Made by a program: the position numbers and the translations under genes | The notes under the pieces: model-generated | Databases searched by the model: none | What the model was told of the DNA's origin: nothing | The model's input: the letters and a program-made list of their open reading frames with translations, nothing else | Assembly: GCA_977030845.1 (NCBI GenBank) | Contig: OZ365119.1 | Span: forward strand, 11,594,001-11,658,000 | Reading direction: 5' to 3' | From: Fimbriosthenelais zetlandica | Taxonomy: Eukaryota | DNA length: 64,000 nucleotides | In this document: positions 40,801 to 54,200 of the stretch, piece after piece | How positions within the stretch are numbered: position 1 is the stretch's first letter | Layout: each line of letters starts with the position of its first letter

Positions 40801-41900
40801 TAAACAATGGCGAAAACCACAACACTCGTCCTCCTCCCAATTCTGCAACATAACATGAGAAATCATTCACAATGAAAAGCGCACCAAAATCACTGACGGA
40901 TTCGGATCTAGAATGAAGCTATGAATATCTACAGGATTGGGATTCATGTTTGCATTAATTGTTAATCAATTTTATAGATTATCATTTAAAATAAAGAAGA
41001 ACTGACATGTCCAGAGAAAATCCCACGAAACATCCGCCAAAGAACTTGCCTAGGGAGGTGAGAGACTTGATGATTGGCACAAATATCTGCTTATCACACA
41101 CGAGATTGTACTGAAAGTCAGATCAAAAGCCCACAATCAACCGCTTTTTTATAAAGGAGTCTGAGATAGAGATTAATAAGATTTAATAGATTGATAATCC
41201 TAGGGCACATATAGGCGATTCACCAACCAATTTCTGCGCGAAACTAGTTATATTTCTAGTCACATCCAATCCTTGTAATTCTGTCAGTGATTAGGCTTAG
41301 CTAGGTGTAAACGTCTGTTAAAATTAAAAGCAATCGGGTGTGACTGGAAATATAGTTTGGCGCTGCTATCGGTTGTAGAATCGCCTCTATGTGCCCCAGG
41401 ATAATATACTCTGTGGCAGAATGTGTACTCTGTTCTGTTTGTTGTTGAACCTAGATCCATACCTCAGTCACGATGGTTGATTTAAACTGGGACGTGTCAT
41501 ACATCCAGGCTGTACATCTTTCTCTCTCATCCTGTGAACAGTTAGCCCCACTACATGATGATGATGATGGAGTGGGTGTGTAGAAACACTCTCTATCTGT
41601 CCCCGAGTCAGTCTCTCTACTACCACTCGTTACATTCTCTCCTTCCATGATAGCCATGCTCCTATTCACATCTCCTACTGTACCATTACCACCTGCGGTA
41701 CACCAGTATGTTGGTGTTGCAGCAACAAATACCACCTCAGCTGTATGGCAACCCACAAGAAAGGATGCAGCTCCTATGAGAAGCATGGTCAGCTTCTGGA
41801 AAGTTCCAAATCCTCCTACATGGTCTCTCAAAGCGTCCTCAAAGTGCACGCTGCATTCAGCAGACTCTCCCACCAGACCTACTTCTGTACTCTCCTCCAT
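37897..41900 (-). CDS. SLC22-family organic cation/anion transporter (MFS), 9 exons, about 556 aa
   Basis: Minus-strand exons 41900-41463, 41110-41007, 40842-40688, 40527-40362, 40048-39922, 39780-39698, 39583-39366, 39106-38925, 38097-37897, all phase-consistent. Motifs: FEDALxxxGGFGxFQ, Cys-containing first loop, NLVC, GRR, PESPRW, AELCPTTQRGVG, PET. Confidence 0.95.
38188..38398. mobile_element. MITE family A, copy 3 (last intron of SLC22 gene)
   Basis: CCTGGAACACACTAATCCCATTCTCC ... GAGAATCAGATTAGTGTGATCCATGCAGGCT, with the same core as copies 1-2. Confidence 0.78.
40179..40234. repeat. Short perfect inverted repeat (15 bp)
   Basis: CCCATTGCAGAAGTT / AACTTCTGCAATGGG. Confidence 0.8.
41199..41400. 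mobile_element. MITE family A-related, diverged copy 4
   Basis: TIRs CCTAGGGCACATATAGGCGATTC / GAATCGCCTCTATGTGCCCCAGG. Core resembles copies 1-3 (TAGGTGTAAA..TCTGTT.AAATTA...GAAATATAGTTTGG..TATCGG). ATAAT on both flanks. Confidence 0.65.
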
Positions 41901-42830
41901 CCTGCCCAGTCATTGAATGGCTGAGATAAAAACTTAAGGCCCCCTGGTTATCGTTGAAGGGGGTCCTACATTAAACTATTAATCTATGTATTTATCTAAA
42001 CTGTTGAGCCCCTCAAGACTTATCCCAAGCAGGCAAAATGACAGTGAGGATGGACAGAATAATTTTACTTCTGTGCCTTAGTTAATAGTGAATACAATAT
42101 AATCCTTTTATAATAGTAGTTCCAGTAAATCAATCATTAAATTTGTTAACAATAGCTATCATCCGCCATCCATGCATCAGACCCGTGACAGATGGTATGA
42201 TCGTAAATATTTACTCATATCTCTCCTTATAGACACATTGTTTTATTGTTTTGTCCAAAGTTATCCCTGTAACATTAGTTCCATGCCTCCACCAACAGAA
42301 CTGTTATAGATCAGCATGTGATATAGGGGTGTCTGTGCCATGCTATATTGTTACCTATAGGGGACTATAATCCATGTATACTTTACATGTATAGGTATCA
42401 GTAGATCATGATAGGACGGCTGATAAGATAATAAGTTAAACCCGGAGTATGTGAAATTTAAAACCAAGTAAAGCTTAGACATGCATCCTGTATGATGAGT
42501 GAATGTTCAGGGTTGGTTGAGCCTCATTCGGAGCATGTCCACAACCCTTAATTCCTCCACAGAACCTTTTTCTCACGACTATATTTGGGTTACGTTAATT
42601 CTGGACTATTTTCTCTTAAAACATATAACATTTAGGGAGACCTCAGAGAGGAATAGAGGCCCTTAGGCAAGTGTATTCCGTGTTACCTTTGAGTACTTGT
42701 AGGCCTATATATGCCTTATACAGGTGTCTATACACTATACTATCGAGTAATAAAATATGAATGCTTTATGTATCGGTGTAACAGCTTTCCGAGATGTTCA
42801 AGTACTTAGAGCAGATGAGTGTTGATGAAT

Positions 42831-43901
42831 TTAGAAGTATGAAGCATAGATTTCAGTGTTGCTATCCTGGCTGCTATTTCCATTACTTTCTCTCTCTTCA
42901 GTTTCTTTCTTTTTACAAAGTCCGCACAGAGAACAGAAGGTCTGTGTGACTGCGCGCCTGTATCTGGGGATGAACATGGCATACACAAAAGGATTAGCGC
43001 ACGAGTTAAACACAGACAACCAGACGCCTATCTTTTGTTCGGGCGAGTTTAGAACATAAGTAATGAGTTTGAGATTACCCAGTAAATAGTACCAGCAGTC
43101 GTAGCCGAGGGCTATAAAGAATATCACCGTCACTGTGAAGGCAGTCTTGGTCAACTCTGTGGTCGCCTTGTCTATCACCTGCCTCTCCCCTGCTACATGA
43201 AGATCAGGACACCTTTTTCTTTTTTGGAAAGTCCAGATCACTCTCCCATAAAAATAGATAAAGAAAGTACAAGGGATGATGTAGTAGTTGATGAAGATGG
43301 TGAAGCCAAAGATGAGGAAGAACCAGTCAGCTGATGGGCCATCCCACAGATGTTCACTGTAGCACTGGCCATCCTCCCTCATGCGAGTCTGGAGAAAACT
43401 CCCCACGTTACACACAAACGCCAGCACATACACCACCCCGACCAACCTGCGCACCCTGGTCCTGGTGAAAGCTTGGAATCTAAATGGTCTACAAACACAG
43501 AGGTACCTGTCATAGGCGATGAGTATAATGTTATATACTGAGACATAGACGGCCACCCAGTACAAACCCTGACCATGCCAGATATTACATATAAAGTCAT
43601 CCAACCCATCCACCCCGGGCACCCAGTGACAAGGTGCGACAAGAATGATACCAGCAAAGACGCACACCACGGCGTCTACTGCCGACTGGTGTGTGAGGAG
43701 GGTCACTATGGTTACACCCAGGTTATCACCATGCTTCATTAACGTCACCAGCGTCCCTGTGTTGGCAAGGAAGCCGATGAGAGTCATGACTAATTGACTC
43801 TGATCCAATATGACATTTAGTAGATTGAATTCACTGCTTGATTTAGAGCAGTGTGTGCCCGCTTCCTCATCCTCCATGCTTGCATTTGTGTAGGATTCCA
43901 T
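42831..43901 (-). CDS. Intronless class A (rhodopsin-like) GPCR, peptide/orphan-receptor-like, 356 aa
   Basis: Single ORF with seven hydrophobic segments, TM1 AN, TM2 D (SAVD), TM3 Cys and AYDRY, ECL2 Cys, TM5 YYIIP, TM7 NSCANPFVY, and an N-terminal glycosylation sequon. Confidence 0.95.
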   Translation of the reverse strand: MESYTNASMEDEEAGTHCSKSSSEFNLLNVILDQSQLVMTLIGFLANTGTLVTLMKHGDNLGVTIVTLLTHQSAVDAVVCVFAGIILVAPCHWVPGVDGLDDFICNIWHGQGLYWVAVYVSVYNIILIAYDRYLCVCRPFRFQAFTRTRVRRLVGVVYVLAFVCNVGSFLQTRMREDGQCYSEHLWDGPSADWFFLIFGFTIFINYYIIPCTFFIYFYGRVIWTFQKRKRCPDLHVAGERQVIDKATTELTKTAFTVTVIFFIALGYDCWYYLLGNLKLITYVLNSPEQKIGVWLSVFNSCANPFVYAMFIPRYRRAVTQTFCSLCGLCKKKETEERESNGNSSQDSNTEIYASYF

Positions 43902-44892
43902 TTATACGTTCCTTTGTAAATTAATATGTAAAGTATTTAAATGTTATATATATGGTTTTCACATGCTTATATATTCCCTATTCACTTGCTTATAAATTAT
44001 GATTCCTTGAAATTTCTTGAAATCTTTACTTTGTGTTGTAAGAGTTTAATGACATTAAAGCATTTCCAAGAATTTTCTGATACCTAATATTCTCCAAGAT
44101 ATTGATATATCATCTTGTGATTTTGAATATCACTTTTACTTTGGAATATGTCAGTTCTTATCCAAGCCACTTCCAGTCCGCATTGTGTTCTATATTTTAT
44201 ATCACACGGCTTATATAATACTTCCTCAAAGATCCAACCAAGCTTAAACAAACATCGTATAGATCACGATTATCCCAGTGAAGTAACTTTTCATTTGGCA
44301 AAATGAAAGTTTTCTTCAGCCTCCTACTGTCCAGCTACCTCCATATAGAGGTCTTGTGAATGTGGTGATAAATAATCTCACGACTACAGGAGCAAAGTGA
44401 CTTGCCAGTCACTTGTAAAACAGGACTTAATTAAGCCGAGGTGCCTTATACAACCACTCCCGCCAATCATTCTCACAAACTCTGATAGCGGACATTCATA
44501 ATGTCTTATCTCCTCTATCTGGATAATTTCTAGCTGACCACTTAAGAGAACGGAGTTAGGCTAGCCTACTTGGCAGTCACAATGCCTTCCAGCACGAAAG
44601 ATGATATAATTATTACCCTATAATATTATAATACATTGTAATAGGCTTTAATTATAAGTCCAGCCTATTTAAGTAATCAATGCATGGGTGCTAAACACGG
44701 GACAAGTCTTAAATTTAACTTCCAACTCATATATTTAAATTCTAATTAATGATCTACTAGAGATGAACGGTTCTATGCCCAGATCATGTAGGCCTAGATA
44801 GAGCATCCCTCCCTCCCTTGTACTAGTTGTAGTCCGCTATAGGGGGGCCAGTTAGGCTTGGATGTCAAGCCGGCTACATGTAGGCCTACATA

Positions 44893-45233
44893 CCATGTGT
44901 CTGGTGCTGCCGCCGTTATAGGCGGGAGTTAGTGGAAACAGTCCATCCAGCAGTCCCCTACACCGCTCGCTTGCTCCCTCTGCGAGGCAGCCCTCAAGCG
45001 GATGGGAGTGGTACTACAGTCTAAACCCAGACCCACACCACGATGTGTCTAGTGCTGCCACCACTACAAGTGGCAGTCGACGGAAACACGCCAAGCCAGG
45101 TCCAGACCACGATGTGTCTAGTGCTGCCACCACTAGGTGCGGCAGTCGGCGGAAACACGCCAACCCAGACCGGAAGAGGCCATATCCCAAAGCGAGGCTA
45201 CATGAATATTCATTACAAGGCCAAAATGGCCGC
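44893..45233 (+). promoter_or_regulatory. Putative USF3-like promoter: three copies of a ~60-69-bp motif, an ETS-like CCGGAAG and a YY1-type CAAAATGGCCGC
   Basis: ATGTGTCT(A/G)GTGCTGCC..C...GGAAACA at about 44895, 45043 and 45112. YY1-type motif at 45222-45233, 63 bp before the ATG. Confidence 0.5.
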
Positions 45234-45296
45234 TTTCAAATTTCTTAGAGCTCTTTCTTCGTGTTCATCGTGATTATTGTGGATTTATACGAGATA

Positions 45297-48200
45297 ATGA
45301 AGGACAAGAAGAAGGGACAAGGCGTCCCTAAAGGTAGTCCGGTGGTTTTCAACAGTGCCATAGGTAAGCTTGATAAGGAATCTCTCATTTTCTGACCCCT
45401 ATCGTTTCCATAACTTCACCTCGATTCCACTCGACAACAACATGGACAACAATATGTACTTGCCCAAAAGTGAAACGTAAAATCCCGGCCCCTGGTCCAT
45501 CTCATGGACAGAGTTTGTGAACTATTAAAGTAGAAATGGTATGAGGAAGGTTTACTGTATGTGATGGGAGCTTTGTATAGGACGTTCATTGGTTTGTGGG
45601 GGTGTAAATGGTGTCAGGTCACAGGCAAAACAACGTGCTGAGACTGGCGCCTTGCTAGCCTTGTACAGTGTCAATATGGGTGGGCCAGTCGTGACTCCTA
45701 TTGACAGAACTAATGTCACTCCGCTGTCACATAGCTGCAGAGAGTGAAGTTTACGTTCACACTTTTGTTTATTGTCCAGGGTCTGATACAAATTAAGAAT
45801 CTATACATTTAAATGGCCGTCACCGAGTAGCCACAATACACATGGGTTCTTTGTTTATTGGTTTTGAACCCAGTTGTGTATGGGGCCTACTATTTACTAT
45901 AGATCTAGCCTGAAATACACACTGCCACTGCCTTCACTCAGCTGTTGAGCAAGTGTGAGTGACTAATGCTGAAGCATTGATTCATCCATCTGTCACATCG
46001 TATTTCATACCCACTCAAAAACATGTCTTACACGGATGTAGATCTTCACACCTTTTTGACCATGCATGGGGCAAAATATTCTAAATTAAACTGGTCTATT
46101 CCTCATAATATTATAGGGTAAGCTATCAATATATTATAGGGTAATTTATCATGATATTTTAGGTTAATACATCATAATATTATAGGGTAAGCTATCACAA
46201 TATTATAGGGCAATTAATAATAATATTATAGGGTAATTCATCATAATATTATAGGTTAAGCTATCACAATATTATAGGGTAAAATATCATGATAATATAG
46301 GGTAAGTCATAATATTATAGGGTAAACTATCATAATATTATAGGTTAAAATATCATATACTGATATAGTTTAAATATATTAATATTAAGATGGTATTAGG
46401 AGCGTTAAATTCATATTAATCCATCTTATATTTTACACAATATGAATTCAAATGATCACGATTAGATGTTAAAATATATGCATGTATATATAATATTGAT
46501 AAGTAAAATAATTAATTTATAGAGTCTAACCCGAGCACTAGCAGTCAGGATGAGGGAGGGATGACCCGGCCTAACGGGGACGCCCCCGCCTCTACTGTAG
46601 CCTTTGACAAGTTTGCTTTCACAGATGAAGATGACGAAACTACGTAAGTTGCCATTCCAAATTAACATTCATGATCAACATTTTATGCCTTTCACTCAAA
46701 CTTAAAGTCCCTTTAAATGAATATATTAAATCCTGGTTAATTTGTAGGCCCTCCTCCGCTTCCCTGTTCAGTTTTCCTCTAGATATTCTCAGGAAAATAG
46801 TCTGATATTTGGATTGATATAAATATTGTATAATTTATTGATATCTTAGGATGAGAATGTAGAAGTATATTGTGTATAACTTGTTGATTATTACAGTGAG
46901 AATGTAGAAGTATATTGTGTATAACTTGTTGACTATTACAGTAAGAATGTAGACTATATTGTGTATAACTTGTTGATTATTACAGTGAGAATGTAGACTA
47001 TATTGTGTATAACTTGTTGATTATTACAGTGAGAATGTAGACTATATTGTGTATAACTTGTTGATTATTACAGTGAGAATGTAGACTATATTGTGTATAA
47101 CTTGTTATTTTTACAGTGAGAATGTAGACTATATTGTGTATAACTTGTTGATTATTACAGTGAGAATGTAGACTATATTGTGTATAACTTGTTGACTATT
47201 ACAGTAAGAATGTAGACTATATTGTGTATAACTTGTTATTTTTACAGTGAGAAGAAGCAGCAAGTTAACCTGTCCGCTCACCGCTCCACTGAACGTGCGA
47301 GGCGAGGCCGGATCTCTAAAGGCATACATCAACTATGGTGCCTTATACCCCCCGAGTTTAAAGGCGCATCTAGCAAAGAGGTAGGCATGAAAAAATACCA
47401 CAAAAACAACCATAATAGATGGAAACCTGATAAAATACCACTAAAACGACCATAATAGGTGGAAACCTGATAAAATACCACTAAAACGACCATAATACCT
47501 GGAAACCTGATAAAAATACCACTAAAACAACCATAATAGCTGGAAACCTGATAAAAATACCACTAAAACAACCATAATAGCTGGAAATGAGACCAGTAAA
47601 TATAGGGTCTAGTCAATTCACAATCATAACATTAAAACCCACCAAAATAGGCATTATTTACTGATCTACAAAATAGGCATTATTTACTGATCTACAAAAT
47701 AGGCATTATTTACTGATCTACATATAATAGAATATCAAGTCATTCCCTCATGATGTATTAAAACTATTAAACCGCCTTACTTAGTTATCTTCTAGTAAAT
47801 AAATAATGAGTACAATCAGTGAATATTTAGAGGTTTAATCATGATAATAATTGATGTTAATTATGTGATCATGTTGTTGTAGACGTTGGTGGGGATCCTG
47901 GATAAAGTGGCCGTCTACATACAAGAGACACAGCAGAAACTAGACGCGTGTTTCCACGGCGAGACGAGCTCCGTGCGAGGTGAGTACCCTCCTCTACCTC
48001 ACCTCAACATTCACCAAAATGGCCTTCTGTTCCTATTATTTGTGTTATTGGATTATCTGTATTAATATGAATTTTACTTCTAAGTTTGTTATTAAGGGAA
48101 TTGGAGTGGGGGTGAGGTTGTTGGGGTTCTACCAGTTTCATTGTTGCCGATGTATTACACGATTATTTTACAATTATATAGCTGAAAACCTTCCCTAATA

Positions 48201-51200
48201 TGGAAGAGCTATATACGGAAGGCTATAAATAAATAAATGAAACTCATACTCAGGCAAAAATGTCAAATATTTTCTGTTTATTTTTGCAGATTCTGAGATT
48301 GAAATGCTGCAGCAGAAAGTGGCGAAACTGACGGAGGAGAACCTACGATATACCGAGGCCCTGAAAACAGGAGGTGAGTGCTCTATTTTATTTATTTATT
48401 TATTTGTACATAATGACAAGAAGAATACAATAACAGCCTTTCATACAACTTGCATACCATTAAGACTTTGACCACCCATCTCTAAATGAGTGCCGATATG
48501 AATTAGTAATTACTATGACATAAGTAGGGATATCATTCTGGGGGGGGGGGGGGGGGATAGAGTGGGGATGGGGGTGGAGGAGGAGTGCACTTCGATAACA
48601 AAGCAGCACAGCTCATCAGTTAGTCCATTAATTAATTCTTAGGAAAAAAACATGTCTTTCTGCTCTATACAAGTAGTCTTATGGTTGTCTGTATTTATTG
48701 TAGTCCCTGGCTCCCAGACTAACAATTTAGCAGCTCTAGAAATGCTACAATTGTAAATATTATAAATATTTTGTAATTATAAATACCTTTTTTTTTGTAG
48801 TGACGCCTGATTTGATAGCTGACTGGAAGGGGAAGTCCCGACCTGCACCAGACTCCCCCACCGACCTCACCACACCCACGACTGATCCTAGTAAAGAATC
48901 AAAGAAACGTAGCAAAGGAAACACGGTACGGGAACATCTCAAACTAGGCGGTGGTCCCAACGATGCCGGGTTTGTGTCTGTGGGGAGTAATTCCGGATTA
49001 ATGAACCCTAACGGATTATTGAAGCCTTCAGGAGGAGACGGGGCGAGTCCAGTCTCACTGTCCCAGGTATCAGGACTAGTACTACCTACAGGAGTAGTGG
49101 CCCCCTCACCGACTACTGATAGTAGTAGTAATAAGATGATGCTACCAGCACCCACCACCACTACATCACCCTACATGATGCCAGCACCCACCACCACGAC
49201 TACTACATCACCCTACATGATGCCAGCACCCACCACCACGACTACTACATCACCCTACATGATGCCAGCACCCACCACCACCACCACTACATCACCCTAC
49301 ATGATGCCATCACTACTACACAATGCTGGTCAAGCGTCCAGTCCACTACTCAACCTCCCTCTCACCCCCGGACCTACCCCCACCCCCACCTCCTTCAATG
49401 TCCCGGGGGTGGGGCCAGTACAGGGGAACCTGGTACTACAGAATGGTCAGCTTATATTGATGAACAGTGACTTGACGTCAGCTGCCATGGCTGCCGCCGG
49501 AATAATGAACCCCCCGACCACGGACACCACGACGTTACCAACAGATGACGTCCACGACACGACCAGCGTGTCCTCCCCCGCCCCGCCCAATAATAAAACT
49601 GACCATCACAGTGACGCGAGTGACGCGGATTCACTGACTATAAACACGACTACAGTGGACGGACTACCCGTGTCCACTCTACCTAACGTCACCTCCAACA
49701 TGGTTAATACACCACCTGGTGGTCAAGCTGTGTCCACTGTGTCCACCCCCACCCTGCCTGTCCCCACCCCTACCCTCCCTGTCCCCACCCCTACCCTCCC
49801 TGTCCAGTCACCACTAATTCACCCTTCTTCTGTATCCACCTCCACCCTGCCCGCCCAGTCACCACTTATAAACCCGTCAACCCCCTCCACCCTGCCCGCC
49901 CAGTCACCCCTCATCCTGCCTGGGCAGAACCCTGGGCTGTCAGTCTTCCCCCAGCAGCAGGCCCAGATGACTTACATGACTCCCCAGGGTCAACTAGTCA
50001 GTCTACCCCACAACTTACACTCCAACCCCTCTACCCCCAACATCCTCAACACCCTCAACACCACCACACTCCCCAACAACCTGCCCAGCGCACTCCTACT
50101 GCCCAATGGTCAAGTGGTACCAGTGGTCACTCAACCATCGCTGCTCTTCTCACAGAGTGGTAGTACTGTCACACACATGTCAGCACCCACGACCAGTGTA
50201 CTAGGCAAGCCTCAGCTACCTAGTGTCCAACCATTGTCCATGGCGGCTGGACTAGGGGGTGGGTTACTGATGTCCACTACACCTACCACCCCTACCACCA
50301 AACTGACCAGTACTAAGGTACCTACACTGACTAATGTCCACCCCGGCCAGACGTCCACAGCCATACAACTGACAGGTATGTCACAGTCAATTCACAGCTC
50401 TCTGTTGTTGATGATTATTTAGGTGTAGGTGTTAATTAAGTGTTATGTTTTGTTGATGTAGATTTAAGCCTATAGTTAAGATCGTTACTCTTTATTTAAC
50501 AGCCGGAGCCTCGCCTGCCTGGACATCGTCTGATGCTGTCAGTTCCCCTGTCACCACACTGTCAGTGTCACAGCCCAGTGTCACTAGTGTCACGTACAGT
50601 CACATACATCCCACCACGACAGCCGCGCCAGCTACCACCACCACATGTGTCAATGTGCTACCACCAACACTCACCTCACAGACTGTCAGTGGTAGCACAG
50701 CTCCACCTAACGCTGTCATTAACAAGGCAGGCCACGTGACACTACAAGGTTCACAGGTGGGGGGTGGTGGTACAGGGAAGGCAGGCAGCCTACCACCCAC
50801 CATGACAGCTGTAGTGTCAGCTGATGGGTCTATAGTGCTCACACTACCTCAGGGTTCTCAGCCTGGTGGATTCATGTTGGATGCTAACACTATACCGTCC
50901 CTGTTACCAGGACTAGCTGCACCTACCCCCACCCCCACCCAGGTCAGTACAGGCGGCAAGAACAAGAAGAAGGGTGGACAACGGGCACTGCGACCCAAAC
51001 CACCGGACGCCATCTCTGTAGCTCCTGTAATGAACACTGTAGCCCAGCCTGTAATGAGCACTGTAGCCCAGACAAAATGGCTGACCACCGTACCTGCTGC
51101 CACCACGACCACAGACAGTTCACACGACAAGGTCAAGGATGCTGGTCAAGTCCTCAGCTCATCTGAGGTGGTCACTTCACCCCTCTCTATCGTTACCACA

Positions 51201-54200
51201 GAGGCGTCCAAGGTAACGACCAAAACTAACGCCAGTACAGCCTCAGCTCACGATATCCTGGCCCAGGCTGCGGAGTCCATATTCTCTACATCTATAGCTG
51301 ATATCTCACCTCCCATCAGCAGCTTCTATAACCCAGCTAATGAAGAGAACGCCTTACACATCGATACCAGCACCCCCGACAACCACCCAGACCACGACAA
51401 GGTGGTAGAGGTGAAGAAGAGCCCCAAAAAGATACCAGATAAAAATACAACCAACTCCTCCAAGAAGAGCAAGAAGAAGAAGAAGACGGAGGAAAGTGGG
51501 AAGAGTGGAAAGACAAAAAGTGAGAAGAAAAGTAAATCTACGGCACCAACTAAAATCCAGTCACCGCCCCACAACTCAACCACGGAGGAGAACGACGACA
51601 TGGTGATAGACCTTCAAAACGACCTCCTACAATCTCCTAAACCACAGAGTGACAAACCTGCCCCTGCCCCGGCCCCTGCCCCGGCCCCGGCCCCGGCCCC
51701 GGTGCCCACTCCTCCCACAGAGGTGAATAAAACCTCTGTGATGAACCTCAACATGCCTACTGACTTTGGTTCCCCTGAAACGAACCTTCAAACTAAAGAC
51801 GCTGGGTCTACTAAAGATAAAGATGATAAGGGAGAGGATGTGACTGACTTACTAGCTGATGTATTAGAGAGCAGTATGGTCGCTAGCGGTATCACGCCTC
51901 ACCAAGCTTCACCTCACCAAGCTTCACCTCACCAAGCTTCACCTCACCTCTCATCCACCACTCACCAACAATGTGCCTCTGTCCCGTACATCCTTCCCCA
52001 GTTTGGCGTCACGCCTCCAACAAAAACAGAAACCAAGAAAAAGTCAAAAGACAAAGACTCGAAAAGTTCTAAATCTTCCAAATCTAAAAGCAAACATAAA
52101 AAGCTGAAGCCGGCAGCTGATGTGTTAGACTGTAGCAAGGCTGTGTTGATGGAGCTAGACGACGTCAAGGATCACGTCACGTCTAAAAAAGAGAACGTCA
52201 ATCCCACCGTCGACGTGCTCACGTCGACGGTGGGCAGTGTCACCTCCACCCCACCCCCAGTCAACAAATCTAAAAAGAAATCATCAAAGAAAAACAAGGC
52301 AGTGGATCCTAGCGAGCTGCTGCCCGAGTCTATCTCATTCAGTGAGAGTGATCTAGCTGATGTATTAGATCAAGTAGAGAGTCTGGGAGCTAAACTCACT
52401 CCCTCACCAGTCAAACATGAACGGAAACGTAAAAAGAGCACCAACGGTGACAGCGAGACTCCATCCAAGAAGAAGAAGATGAGGAGTAAGGATGTCGTGA
52501 GTGGGGAGACTGAGCAATCTAACAGTATGGCTGCTGATCTACTGGAGAGAGCCATGAAGGACATAGGTCCGCTAGACATGGACCTATCAGAGTCAGACTC
52601 ACTCTCTGATCAACCCATCTTTACTAAGTTCCTCAGTGAGTCTAAATCTAAGTTGAGTCCAGTAAAGAGTCCCGCCTCCCCTCACCTTGTGGTCAGTACT
52701 AACCTATCAGATGATGATGAAGAGATGACACCAGCAGTGTCAGAGGGTGATAAACTACTGGTACTGGACACTGACCTGCCCTCACCCCCACCCCCCAGAC
52801 TGTCCCCTCTAGGTGATAAATGCCGTATCACCTCCCCCACTCCCCCCTCATCACCTGACCGCTCTCTGTTAGACAGTATCTCCTCTATAGTGGCTACCAG
52901 CTCAGAGACATTGACCCATGCTTCCACGGTCAGTCTAAATACACAGGCTTCTACTACAGCGACCACCACAGACACATACACCCACCATATCCCTACATCT
53001 ACCCCCCTCCTTACCTCTACCCCCCTCCTTACCTCTACCCCCCTCCTTACCCCTGCCTCTACCCCTCTACTTACTTCTGTCTCTACCCCCCTCTTCCCCC
53101 CCGTTTCCTCCCCCTCATCCCGCACCCCCGCCCCCCTCTTCCCCCCCGTTTCCTCCCCCTCATCCCGCACCCCCGCCCCCCTCTTCCCCCCCGTCTCCTC
53201 CCCCTCATCCCGCACCCCCGCCCCCCTCTTCCCCCCCGTTTCCTCCCCCTCATCCCGCACCCCCGCCCCCCTCTTCCCCCCCGTTTCCTCCCCCTCATCC
53301 CGCACCCCCGCCCCCCTCTTCCCCCCCGTTTCCTCCCCCTCATCCCGCACCCCCGCCCCCCTCTTCCCCCCCGTTTCCTCCCCCTCATCCCGCACCCCTG
53401 GCCCCCCATCCCCTGTTTTTACCAGCTCACCTGATCTGGATATTAAGCCTGCAGCGCGCCACATTAACCTAGTATCACTAGCTCAGAGTCTGGCTCCACC
53501 CACACCCAAACACACCATGAGTCATAAACCGGTGATGACGTCATCTAAAGCTCAGATGACCGGCGTCCAGTCTCCGGCTCACCTCCCATCATCTACACCT
53601 CACCTCCCATCATCTACACCTCACCTCCCATCCTCTACACCTCACCTCCCATCCTCTACACCTCCCGTGCCTGCTCTATCTCACCGCCCTCACTCACTGA
53701 CCACTACCTCTAATCACTCACTGACCACTACCTCTAATCACTCACTGACCACTACCTCTAATCACTCACTGACCACTGCCTCTAATCACTCACTGACCAC
53801 TGCCTCTAATCACTCACTGACCACTCCCTCTAATAACTCACTGACCACTACCTCTAATCACTCACTGACCACTACATCTAATCTCTTCACACCTCCCTCC
53901 ACACCCACTGACTCCTCCCAACACTCACAACATAACAACGGTAAGAAAAACAACAAAATTACCAAACCTGAGACATTATTACTGAACAATAGTCCGTCTA
54001 AATCAGACTGCCTGGAGAGTCGACTGTCTATAGATCTGACTGACACACCTGACCCTCCCTCCCCACCCTCCGCTATCTCCGGCCTTAGTCTACCAACACC
54101 CTCACCCATTATCAACATGAACAATGGTTTAAACAGTACAGGTGTGAACCCTATACCTTCACCTCACAGTCGACTGTCCAGCTCAGTGAAACAACTGACC

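Noticed and set aside
45041-45165. Hammerhead ribozyme or Helitron 3' end
   Set aside because: The CUGANGA core is absent. The hairpin-to-CTAG spacing and flanking base do not fit Helitron ends.
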